Positions 17,828-26,125 of a DNA stretch of 32,000 bases are shown piece after piece. The DNA lies in assembly GCF_033372575.1 (NCBI RefSeq), contig NZ_CP104094.1, positions 46,355 through 78,354 on the forward strand, written 5' to 3'. Positions within the stretch are counted from its first letter, which is position 1. Each line of letters opens with the position of its first letter. Made by a program: the position numbers and the translations under genes. Under the pieces are notes generated by a model. It saw only the letters and a list, made by a program, of their open reading frames with translations. It was not told the DNA's origin and searched no databases. Origin of the DNA: Candidatus Saccharimonadota bacterium. GTDB lineage: Bacteria > Bacteroidota > Bacteroidia > Flavobacteriales > Blattabacteriaceae.

Positions 17828-18580
17828 TTAGCAATCTTCATTATAATGTATATTATTTATATTTTTAATATTATTAATAATATCTTTAGATAATATTTTA
17901 TATTGTCCTAGTTTAATATTATTATTAATTTTTAATCCAGCAAAATATATTCTATTTAAATATAATATTTTATAACCTATTTTATTAAATATTCTATGTA
18001 TAATTTTATTCCATCCTACAGTAATTGTAATAATTAATGATTTTTTATTATTATTAAATATTTTTATATTATTAATTTTTATTTTACCTTCTTTTAATTT
18101 TATACCATTTTTTAAAATTAATAAATCTTTTTTATTTAAATTTTTATTTAAATATATTTTATATTTTCTTTTTATTTTATATTTAGGATGAGTTAAATAT
18201 TGAGATAATTTTCCATCATTAGTTAATAATAATAAACCAGTAGTATTTTTATCTAATCTACCAATAGGAAAAATACCTAATTTTTTGTATATATTAGGAA
18301 TAAAATCCATAATAATTTTTCTATTTTTATTATCTTTTACTGTAGTAATACAATTTTTAGGTTTGTTAAATAAAATATATATTTTATTTTTAAATTTTAA
18401 ATTAGAATTAACATATTTAATATTATCATCATAATTAACTTTATAACCTAATTGTTTAATAATTTTTCCATTTACTGATATTAACCCAATTTTTATTAGT
18501 TTATCCGCTTTTCTTCTAGAACATATTCCACTATAAGCAATATATTTATTTAATCTTATTAGTTTTTTTATATTTTTCAT
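17828..18580 (-). CDS. RsuA/RluB-family pseudouridine synthase
   Basis: 250-aa ORF with an S4 domain (RLNKYIAYSGICSRRKADKLI) and the catalytic motif PIGRLDKNTTGLLLLTNDG. Confidence 0.85.
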   Translation of the reverse strand: MKNIKKLIRLNKYIAYSGICSRRKADKLIKIGLISVNGKIIKQLGYKVNYDDNIKYVNSNLKFKNKIYILFNKPKNCITTVKDNKNRKIIMDFIPNIYKKLGIFPIGRLDKNTTGLLLLTNDGKLSQYLTHPKYKIKRKYKIYLNKNLNKKDLLILKNGIKLKEGKIKINNIKIFNNNKKSLIITITVGWNKIIHRIFNKIGYKILYLNRIYFAGLKINNNIKLGQYKILSKDIINNIKNINNIHYNEDC

Positions 18581-19199
18581 ATAAAAATAATATATTTTTA
18601 GATTTTAAAATATTATTTAATATACCATTTATAAAATTAATATTATTTTTAGATGAAAAAATTAATATTATTAATTTATATTCATTAATAATAATTTTAA
18701 TATTTATTTCATTATAGAAAATAATAAATTCACAAATAGCTATTTTAATTACTATTAAATCAATAATATTTATTCTATTTATACTCCAATTTACTAAATA
18801 ATTTTTAATAATATCTAATAATATTTTATCATTTTTTTTTATATAATTTATTATTTTAATAATAAAATTTAAATAATCATAAAAATTAATAAATATATTA
18901 TATTTTAATTTTAAAAATAATATATATTTAATAATTTCTTTATCTTCATATTGTAAAAAAAAATTTTCATTTAATTTATTTATATTTTTATTTATGTTAT
19001 TAATTATATTTATTTTATTAATTTTATTAATTTTATTAATTTTATTAATTTTATTAAAAATTTTATTAATTTTTTTATTTAAATATTTAAAATTTTTATT
19101 TAAATAATATAAATAATTAAATTTATTATTGTAGTTAATAATAAATAATATTTTCATTATTTTTATTCTAAAATAATTTTTTATTTTTATAAATTTCAA
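18546..19199 (-). CDS. nusB: transcription antitermination factor NusB with an N-terminal extension containing a KIN repeat
   Basis: 217-aa ORF. The C-terminal half fits NusB (NWSINRINIIDLIVIKIAICEF...INEYKLIILIFSSKNNINFINGILNNI). It overlaps the downstream pseudouridine synthase start by 35 nt. Confidence 0.65.
   Translation of the reverse strand: MKFIKIKNYFRIKIMKILFIINYNNKFNYLYYLNKNFKYLNKKINKIFNKINKINKINKINKINIINNINKNINKLNENFFLQYEDKEIIKYILFLKLKYNIFINFYDYLNFIIKIINYIKKNDKILLDIIKNYLVNWSINRINIIDLIVIKIAICEFIIFYNEINIKIIINEYKLIILIFSSKNNINFINGILNNILKSKNILFLYEKYKKTNKIK
19012..19056 (-). repeat. 9-nt in-frame tandem repeat x5 (NKI)n inside nusB
   Basis: The plus-strand unit attttatta is repeated exactly five times, from 19012 to 19056. 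Confidence 0.9.
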
Positions 19200-19242
19200 T
19201 TGAATAATTATTTTATTATTATTAATAAATAAATTATTAATA

Positions 19243-20142
19243 ATGAATAAATATAATCAAGAGATTATAAAAAATAAAATTTATAATCAAGACAATAAAA
19301 ATTTAAATAATAGTTTTAATAAACCTTTTAATAAAAGAAGTTTTTATAAACCTTTTAATAAAAGAAGTTTTAATAAACCTTTTAATAAAAGAAGTTTTTA
19401 TAAACCTTTTAATAAAAGAAGTTTTTATAATAAAGAATATTATGATTATTTAAAGGATAAAGAGGAGGAGATTAAACCAATATATAGTAAAACTTTAAAA
19501 TCAAGAAAAAAAATATTTTTTTTGGATGTATTAGATACTATAACAGGGGATTATTTATTATGCCTAACAGAAAGTAAAAAAATGTTATTAAAAGATAATA
19601 ATAATTTTTTTAAAAAAGAAAAAATTTATATATATAAAGAAAATTTAGAATTATTAAAACAACATTTAGATGATATTATAAAATTTATTTATAGTAAAAA
19701 AGGTAAAGAAGTTATTTATGATAAAGAAATTTTAAAAAAAAATATTAAATTATTAGAAGAAAAAGAAAAACTTTTTTATAATAAAAAAAAAGGAGAATTA
19801 GAATCAATTTATGATGATGATGAATACTATCAAGATATTAATCCAGAAATAAATAAAAAATTTTATGATAGTATAAATAAAAGTATAAATAGAGGTAAAA
19901 ATAAAGGAAAAAATATTAATCAAGATATTAATCAAGATATAAAAAAAGATCTTAATAAAGGTATAAATAAAGGGATTAATCAAGATAAAATAAATAAAGA
20001 TAAAAAAATAATAAAAGATAAAAAAATAAATAAAGATAATAAAATAATAAAAGATAAAAAAATAAATAAAGATAAAAAAATAAATAAAGATAAAAAAATA
20101 ATAAAAGATAAAAAAATAATAAAAGATAAAAAAATAAAATAA
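19243..20142 (+). CDS. repeat-flanked hypothetical protein; the central domain resembles the Bacteroidota DUF3276 / PUR-like nucleic-acid-binding family
   Basis: 299-aa ORF. The core KPIYSKTLKSRKKIFFLDVLDTITGDYLLCLTESKKMLLKDNNNFFKKEKIYIYKENLELLKQHLDDIIKFI matches my recollection of the DUF3276 pattern (..GKRTYFFDV.....D.YL.ITESKK......F..EKHKI.LYKED...F...L....DFI). The N-terminus is (KPFNKRSF[YN])x4 and the C-terminus is (DKKI[IN]K)n. Confidence 0.5.
   Translation: MNKYNQEIIKNKIYNQDNKNLNNSFNKPFNKRSFYKPFNKRSFNKPFNKRSFYKPFNKRSFYNKEYYDYLKDKEEEIKPIYSKTLKSRKKIFFLDVLDTITGDYLLCLTESKKMLLKDNNNFFKKEKIYIYKENLELLKQHLDDIIKFIYSKKGKEVIYDKEILKKNIKLLEEKEKLFYNKKKGELESIYDDDEYYQDINPEINKKFYDSINKSINRGKNKGKNINQDINQDIKKDLNKGINKGINQDKINKDKKIIKDKKINKDNKIIKDKKINKDKKINKDKKIIKDKKIIKDKKIK
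19321..19428 (+). repeat. 27-nt in-frame tandem repeat x4 (KPFNKRSF[Y/N])
   Basis: The units aaaccttttaataaaagaagtttttat / ...ttttaat sit at 19321, 19348, 19375 and 19402. Confidence 0.9.
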
Positions 20143-20381
20143 AAGATAAAAAAATAAATAAAGATAATAAAATAATAAAAGATAAAAAAATAAATAAAGA
20201 TAAAAAAATAAATAAAGATAAAAAAATAATAAAAGATAAAAAAATAATAAAAGATAAAAAAATAATAAAAGATAAAAAAATAATAAAAGATAAAAAAATA
20301 AATAAAGATAAAAAAATAAATAAAGATAAAAAAATAAATAAAGATAAAAAAATAAATAAAGATAAAAAAATAAATAAAAGA
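19984..20381 (+). repeat. 18-nt minisatellite (gataaaaaaata[at]a[at]aaa), about 22 units, spanning the 3' end of the CDS and 240 nt beyond its stop
   Basis: GAT-phased units recur every 18 nt from 19999 to 20125. One 20-nt unit (20125..20144) creates the TAA at 20140..20142. The 18-nt phasing then resumes from 20145 to 20361 in a different frame that stays open to TAA at 20382..20384. Confidence 0.9.
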
Positions 20382-20401
20382 TAAGTAAGAAAAATTTAAA
20401 A

Positions 20402-20444
20402 AATATTACATAAATAAATAATAAATATTTATTTATGTAATATT
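20402..20444 (+). promoter_or_regulatory. perfect 19-bp inverted repeat (5-nt loop) ending at the der start codon
   Basis: aatattacataaataaata (20402..20420) and tatttatttatgtaatatt (20426..20444) are exact reverse complements. The der ATG is at 20445. The hairpin also lies 18 nt after the second-frame stop of the minisatellite. Confidence 0.35.
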
Positions 20445-21791
20445 ATGGATTTAAAAATTTGTATAGTAGGTAAATCAAATGTAGGTAAATCTACATTATT
20501 TAATTTATTAATTAAAAAAAAAAAATCTATAATTAATAAGAATGAAAATACAACTAAAAATAGAAATTATGGTATTTTAAAAATAAAAAAAAAAATTTAT
20601 TATATAATAGATACTGGGGGATATTATGAAGAATATAAAAATAATGTTTTAAAAAAAAAAGTTATTGAACAAATATTATATGGTATAAAAGAATCATTAT
20701 TAATTTTATATGTTATAGATGTAATTAATGGTATAACATATTTAGATAAAAAATTATCATTAATTATTCGTAAATATAATAAACCTACATTTTTATTAAT
20801 TAATAAAATAGATATAAAAAAATATAATTCTAAAAATAAATATTATGAATATTATAAATTAGGATTTTATAAAATATTTACTATTTCCTGTACACATAAT
20901 ATTGGAATAAAAAAATTATATAAGAATATATATAATTTTTTTATTAAAGAAAAAAATAATATTAATAAATATAATAATAATTTTAAAATTTCAGTAGTAG
21001 GAAAACCTAATACAGGAAAATCAACATTTATAAATAATTATTTAAAAGATTATAATAAAAGTATTGTATCTAATATTGAAGGTACAACAATAGATACATT
21101 ATTTTTTTATTTAAAAAATAATAAAAAAAATTTTATAATAATAGATACACCAGGAATAATAAAAAAATTTAAATTTAGTAAAAAAATTCAAAATGAATAT
21201 TTATTAAATACAATTAATATAATAAAGGAATCAGATATATGTATTTTAATGATAGATAGTAAAATAACAAAAAATGATATATATATATATAATAAAATAT
21301 TATTATATAAAAAAGGATTAATTATTTTATTTAATAAAATAGATTTATTTAATAATAAAGAAAAAAAAGAAATTATTTTAAGTATAAAAAATTTAATAAA
21401 AAATAATTTTCCATATTTATTAATATCAAATAAAAATAAATTAAATGAAAATATAATAAATAAAATAAATAATATAATAAATATGATATATAAAAATAGA
21501 AATAAAAAAATTTCTACAAGTTTATTAAATAATAAATTATTATTAAAAATAAATAAAAAAATAAAAATAAATAATAAAATATTAAAAATAAAATTTTGTT
21601 ATCAATTAAAAAATAAAAAATTTCCTAGTTTCGTATTAATATCTAATTTAGAAAAAAATATTAATTTAAATTATAAAAAATATATAGAAAATATTATAAT
21701 AAAATTATTTGATTTTTATGGTGTACCAATAGAAATATCATTTAAAAAAAATAAAAATAATGTTAACAGATTCATTAATAAAAGAAAATAA
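20445..21791 (+). CDS. der: ribosome-associated GTPase Der (EngA)
   Basis: 448-aa ORF with two tandem G domains (GKSNVGKSTLFN/DTGG/NKID and GKPNTGKSTFIN/DTPG/NKID) plus a C-terminal KH-like region. Confidence 0.9.
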   Translation: MDLKICIVGKSNVGKSTLFNLLIKKKKSIINKNENTTKNRNYGILKIKKKIYYIIDTGGYYEEYKNNVLKKKVIEQILYGIKESLLILYVIDVINGITYLDKKLSLIIRKYNKPTFLLINKIDIKKYNSKNKYYEYYKLGFYKIFTISCTHNIGIKKLYKNIYNFFIKEKNNINKYNNNFKISVVGKPNTGKSTFINNYLKDYNKSIVSNIEGTTIDTLFFYLKNNKKNFIIIDTPGIIKKFKFSKKIQNEYLLNTINIIKESDICILMIDSKITKNDIYIYNKILLYKKGLIILFNKIDLFNNKEKKEIILSIKNLIKNNFPYLLISNKNKLNENIINKINNIINMIYKNRNKKISTSLLNNKLLLKINKKIKINNKILKIKFCYQLKNKKFPSFVLISNLEKNINLNYKKYIENIIIKLFDFYGVPIEISFKKNKNNVNRFINKRK

Positions 21792-23010
21792 AAAAAAATA
21801 TATTTTAAGTTTAAAAAAAAGAAAATTTAAAAATATTAATATAATAAAAGAAATATTATTTTTATATAAAAAACAAAAAAATTATATAATATTATTAGAA
21901 AAATATAATAGAATAATAAATAAATATTCAAAAAATTTTTTTAAAAAAAATAAAATAAAAATAAAATATAAAAAAATATTAAATATAAAAAATAAAAGTA
22001 AAAAACTTAAAAATGAATTATTAATAATTAAAGAAAAAATATTTAATATTAAAATTAAATTACCAAATATTATAAATGAATTATATTTTAAAAAATATAA
22101 AAATATTAAAAATAATAAAATTATTTATAAGAATAAAAAATATAAATTATATTTAAAAAAAAATAAATTATTATCACATATAGAATTATCTAAAAAATTT
22201 GAATTATTTGATACTAATACTGCTAGTAAAATAAGTGGTACTGGTTTTGTTATATATTCAGGTATAGGATTAAAATTATATAATTCTTTAGTTAAATATT
22301 TGTTATTTATAAATAAAAAAAAAGGTTATAAAGAATATAAATTACCTTATTTAGTAAATGAACAATCAATATATGGAACTGGACAATATCCAGATAAAAA
22401 AAATCAATTATATAATATATTAAAAGATAATTTATATTTAATACCAACAGGAGAAGTACCATTAATAAATTTATATAAAAATAAAATTTTTAAAATAAAT
22501 AATTTACCTATAAAAGCTCAAACATATACTAATTGTTTTAGAAGAGAAGCTGGATCATATGGTAAAAATGTAAAAGGTTTAAATAGATTACATCAATTTG
22601 GAAAAGTAGAAATAATTGAAATTATGGATAATAAAAATTCTAATTTAAGATTATTTAAAATGTTAGAACATATAAAATATGTATTAAAAACATTAAAATT
22701 ATATTTTAGAATAATATTATTATCATGTAATAATATAGGATTAACTTCATCAATAACATATGATTTTGAAGTATATTCATTTGGTCAAAAAAAATGGATA
22801 GAAGTTAGTTCATTATCTAATTGTTTAGATTATCAATCAAATAATTTAAATATATATTATTTAAATAAAAATAATAAAGAATTATGTCATACTTTAAATG
22901 GTAGTTGTATATCAATTCCTAGATTATTATTAACAATTATAGAAATGTATCAAACAAAAAATAAAATTAAAATACCTAAGGTTTTAATACCATTTTATAA
23001 AAATGAATAA
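21760..23010 (+). CDS. serS: seryl-tRNA synthetase
   Basis: 416-aa ORF. The N-terminus MLTDSLIKEN fits SerRS. Class II motifs are TGEVPLINLY, FRREAGSYGKNVKGLNRLHQFGKVE and TLNGSCISIPRLL. It overlaps der by 32 nt. Confidence 0.9.
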   Translation: MLTDSLIKENKKKYILSLKKRKFKNINIIKEILFLYKKQKNYIILLEKYNRIINKYSKNFFKKNKIKIKYKKILNIKNKSKKLKNELLIIKEKIFNIKIKLPNIINELYFKKYKNIKNNKIIYKNKKYKLYLKKNKLLSHIELSKKFELFDTNTASKISGTGFVIYSGIGLKLYNSLVKYLLFINKKKGYKEYKLPYLVNEQSIYGTGQYPDKKNQLYNILKDNLYLIPTGEVPLINLYKNKIFKINNLPIKAQTYTNCFRREAGSYGKNVKGLNRLHQFGKVEIIEIMDNKNSNLRLFKMLEHIKYVLKTLKLYFRIILLSCNNIGLTSSITYDFEVYSFGQKKWIEVSSLSNCLDYQSNNLNIYYLNKNNKELCHTLNGSCISIPRLLLTIIEMYQTKNKIKIPKVLIPFYKNE

Positions 23011-23018
23011 TAATTTTT

Positions 23019-23183
23019 ATGAAATATAAAATTTTATTATATAAAAAAAAATTAATAATTATATCTTTTATTTATAAGAAAAATTATAATAAAATAATAA
23101 AATTTATAAATAATTTTTGTTTTAATTTGTCAAAAAAATTAAAACAAAATGTTATAATTTTTTTTAATAAAAAAAATATTTAA
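23019..23183 (+). CDS. unannotated 54-aa ORF of unknown function, possibly a gene remnant
   Basis: ATG at 23019 to TAA at 23181..23183 gives MKYKILLYKKKLIIISFIYKKNYNKIIKFINNFCFNLSKKLKQNVIIFFNKKNI. It fills most of the serS-rnpB spacer. There is no recognisable motif and coding status is uncertain. Confidence 0.2.
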   Translation: MKYKILLYKKKLIIISFIYKKNYNKIIKFINNFCFNLSKKLKQNVIIFFNKKNI

Positions 23184-23192
23184 AATATAAAT

Positions 23193-23504
23193 AAGTTAAT
23201 AGTTTTATCGCATTAATGAGAATTAATGAGGAAAGTCCGGACACTAAAGAGAAATACAAAGGATAACATCCTTACATCGAAAGATGATGAATAGTACAAC
23301 AGAAAGAAAGTATAATATATTAAATATTATAGTGAAATCATGGAAACTCTGTATAGTGAAATGTTAAATATCCATAGATTGTCTCGATTATTATGGATGG
23401 TAAACAGATATGATATATATGGTAACATATATACTAGATAAATGATAAAAATATATTATTTAAAATAAAATAATATATACAGAATCCGGCTTATATATTA
23501 ACTT
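23193..23504 (+). ncRNA. rnpB: RNase P RNA (bacterial type A, compact)
   Basis: Universally conserved P4 strands are present: GAGGAAAGTCCGGAC near the 5' end and ACAGAATCCGGCTTA near the 3' end, plus ACAGAAAG internally. P1 pairs AAGTTAATA with TATTAACTT. The ends are approximate (within a few nt). Confidence 0.88.
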
Positions 23505-23520
23505 AAATAATAAAAAAAAA

Positions 23521-24405
23521 ATGCATATTCATAATATGTTAATAAAAAAAATATTAGAAATATTAAAAAAAAATAAAGAAGAAAAAAAAATAAAAGAAGA
23601 AATAAAAAAAAAGATTAATTTAAAAAAAATAAATAGAAAAAAAATAATAAAAATAAAAAATAAAATAATAGAAATAAAAGAAAAAAAAATTTATAAAAAT
23701 TATAAAAAAAAAGAAGGAAAATTAGTACGTTTAAAAGTAATAAATGTATATAATAATAAATTAATATTAACAGATAAAAATAATAATGAATTAATATTTA
23801 ATAAAGATAATAATTATGATAGACAATATAAAGAGATAAAAGATATAAAAGATAAAGATATAAAAGAAAATAATTTTTTTAAAAAAAATAATTACTATTA
23901 TTTTTTAGTAGAAAAAATATTTTTAAATAAAAATAAAAAAAAAATAATAATCTTAAAAAGAAATAATAGTTTATTTGTAAAACTATTATTTAAAAAAGAA
24001 ATATTAGAAATTAAAGATAATATAGTAAAAATAAAAAAAATAGTAAGAATATCAGGTATAAAAACTATTATAGTAGTTTATTCAAAAAATAAAAATATAA
24101 ATGCTGTAGGATGTTGTATAGGAATAAAAAATATAAGATTAAATAATATAAAAAAAGAATTAAATAATGAAATAATTGAAATATATAAATATAATAGTAA
24201 TAAATTAGAATATATTAATGAGATATTTAAAAGAAAAAATATAAAAAAAATAGAAATATTTAAAAAATTAATAATATTATATTTTAATAAAGAAATAATA
24301 GGTAAAATAATAGGGAAAAAAGGTTATAATATAAAATTATATTCATTATTATTAATGAAAAAAATAATAGTAAAGGAATATGAAGAAAGTAATAGAATTA
24401 TATAA
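23521..24405 (+). CDS. nusA: transcription elongation factor NusA (shortened)
   Basis: 294-aa ORF. The S1/KH core is recognisable (ILEIKDNIVKIKKIVRISGIKTIIVVYSKNKNINAVGCCIGIKNIRLNNIKKELNNEIIEIYKY and IGKIIGKKGYNIKLYSLL). The N-terminal ~65 aa are K/E-rich low complexity. Confidence 0.8.
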   Translation: MHIHNMLIKKILEILKKNKEEKKIKEEIKKKINLKKINRKKIIKIKNKIIEIKEKKIYKNYKKKEGKLVRLKVINVYNNKLILTDKNNNELIFNKDNNYDRQYKEIKDIKDKDIKENNFFKKNNYYYFLVEKIFLNKNKKKIIILKRNNSLFVKLLFKKEILEIKDNIVKIKKIVRISGIKTIIVVYSKNKNINAVGCCIGIKNIRLNNIKKELNNEIIEIYKYNSNKLEYINEIFKRKNIKKIEIFKKLIILYFNKEIIGKIIGKKGYNIKLYSLLLMKKIIVKEYEESNRII

Positions 24406-26083
24406 TTATCTTAATATTAATGATTTATCTTTGTTATTAAATATAAATAATAATGAAATAATAAATATATGTAAAGATTTAGGAATAATAGTAAATATAA
24501 ATACAATATTAGAGAAAGAATTAATATTATTAATAAGTGATGAATTAGGATATAAAGTAAAATTTTTAGATTCATTATTATTAAATGAAAAAGAAAAAAT
24601 AAAAATATATAAAAAAAATATATATATTAAAAGATCTCCAATAGTTTCAATAATGGGTCATGTAAATCATGGGAAAACCTCATTTTTAGATTATATAAGG
24701 AAATCAAATATAAATATAATAGAAGAAGGTAATATTACTCAACATATAGGTATATATAATGTTAATTTAAAACCAAGTATAACATTTATAGATACTCCAG
24801 GCCATGAATCATTTTTATCTATTAGGCGTATAAGTATAAAATTATCAGATATAGCGTTAATAATAATTTCATCAGAAAATGGTGTAATGGAACAAACAAT
24901 AGAAGCTATTAATAATGCTAAATCAGATAATTTACCTATTATATTTGGAATTAGTAAAATAGATAAAAATAATAATATTAATAAAATAAAAGAACAATTA
25001 TCAAATATTAATATTTTAGTAGATGATTGGGGAGGAGAATATTTATATCAAAAAATATCTGTTAAAACAGGATATGGAATAAATGAAATAATAAAAAAAA
25101 TTTTAAATTTAACAAAAAAAAAAAAATTATTTACAAATATAAATAAATTATGTACAGGAAAAATAATATATTCATATATAAATAAAAATAAAGGATATAT
25201 AGTAAGAATATTAGTATTAGAAGGAATTTTAAAAAGAGGGTATTATATAATATCAGGTATATATTATGGAAAAATAAAAGAAATAATAGATGAAAATAAT
25301 ATAAATATAAATGTAGTTTATCCAGGTTTATCAGTAAATATAGTGGGATTTAATGGTGTACCGTATACAGGAGATGATTTTAAAGTATTAAAAAACGAAA
25401 TAGAGATTAAACAAATAGTAATAGATAGAAAAAATATAATAAAAGAACAAGAAATAAAAATAAAAAAAAAATTATATAAAAAAAATAAAAATAAAAAAAA
25501 AAAAATAAATATAATATTAAAAGTAGATGTAGAAAATAGTTTATTAGCGATTATAGAAGAAATAAATAAATTAAATATTGATATAAATATAATAAAGAAA
25601 AAAGTAGGTAATATAAAATATTCTGATTATTTATTAGCTAATACTTTTAATTGTATAATAATAGGTTTTAATGTAAAAAATATTATAAATAAAAAAAAAA
25701 TAAATAATAAAAATATTGAAATATATAATTTTAAAGTTATTTATAATATTATAAAATTATTAATTAATAAAAATAAAAATAAAAATAAAGAAAATATAAA
25801 AATATTAGGGAAAGCAAAAGTAATAAAAATCTTTATTAAAGATAAAATATTAATTATGGGATGTAAAGTAATAAATGGAAAAATTAATAAATTTAATAAA
25901 ATAAGAATTATAAGAAATAACAAAATAATATTAATAAGTGAAATAATATCAATTAAAATATTTAATAAAAATGTTAATGAAGTAAAAAAAAATAATGAAT
26001 TTGGATTAATTATAAATAATAAAGAAGAAATAAAAGTAAATGATATAATAGAGAATATAATAGTAAATAATAAAAATATATAA
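24380..26083 (+). CDS. infB: translation initiation factor IF-2 (shortened N-terminus)
   Basis: 567-aa ORF with RSPIVSIMGHVNHGKTSFLDYIR, DTPGHESF and ISKIDK. It overlaps nusA by 26 nt, in the classic nusA-infB order. Confidence 0.9.
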   Translation: MKKVIELYNYLNINDLSLLLNINNNEIINICKDLGIIVNINTILEKELILLISDELGYKVKFLDSLLLNEKEKIKIYKKNIYIKRSPIVSIMGHVNHGKTSFLDYIRKSNINIIEEGNITQHIGIYNVNLKPSITFIDTPGHESFLSIRRISIKLSDIALIIISSENGVMEQTIEAINNAKSDNLPIIFGISKIDKNNNINKIKEQLSNINILVDDWGGEYLYQKISVKTGYGINEIIKKILNLTKKKKLFTNINKLCTGKIIYSYINKNKGYIVRILVLEGILKRGYYIISGIYYGKIKEIIDENNININVVYPGLSVNIVGFNGVPYTGDDFKVLKNEIEIKQIVIDRKNIIKEQEIKIKKKLYKKNKNKKKKINIILKVDVENSLLAIIEEINKLNIDINIIKKKVGNIKYSDYLLANTFNCIIIGFNVKNIINKKKINNKNIEIYNFKVIYNIIKLLINKNKNKNKENIKILGKAKVIKIFIKDKILIMGCKVINGKINKFNKIRIIRNNKIILISEIISIKIFNKNVNEVKKNNEFGLIINNKEEIKVNDIIENIIVNNKNI

Positions 26084-26125
26084 AATAAATGCATACCTAA
26101 TAATTTTTAATAAAAATTATTTTTT

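Noticed and set aside
19461-19470. Strong Shine-Dalgarno-like purine block agaggaggag
   Set aside because: It lies inside the PUR-like CDS, where it encodes KEEE. No start codon follows at a suitable distance. No other gene in the window has an SD motif, so it is most likely coincidental.
19984-20381. CRISPR-like interpretation of the regularly spaced 18-nt repeats
   Set aside because: The units are directly contiguous with no unique spacers and are in coding phase (DKKI[I/N]K). No cas genes are present. This is a coding minisatellite, not a CRISPR array.
25741-26094. 117-aa minus-strand ORF from the track
   Set aside because: It lies entirely antisense to the infB 3' end. It is F/I/L-rich low complexity typical of shadow ORFs in AT-rich DNA.
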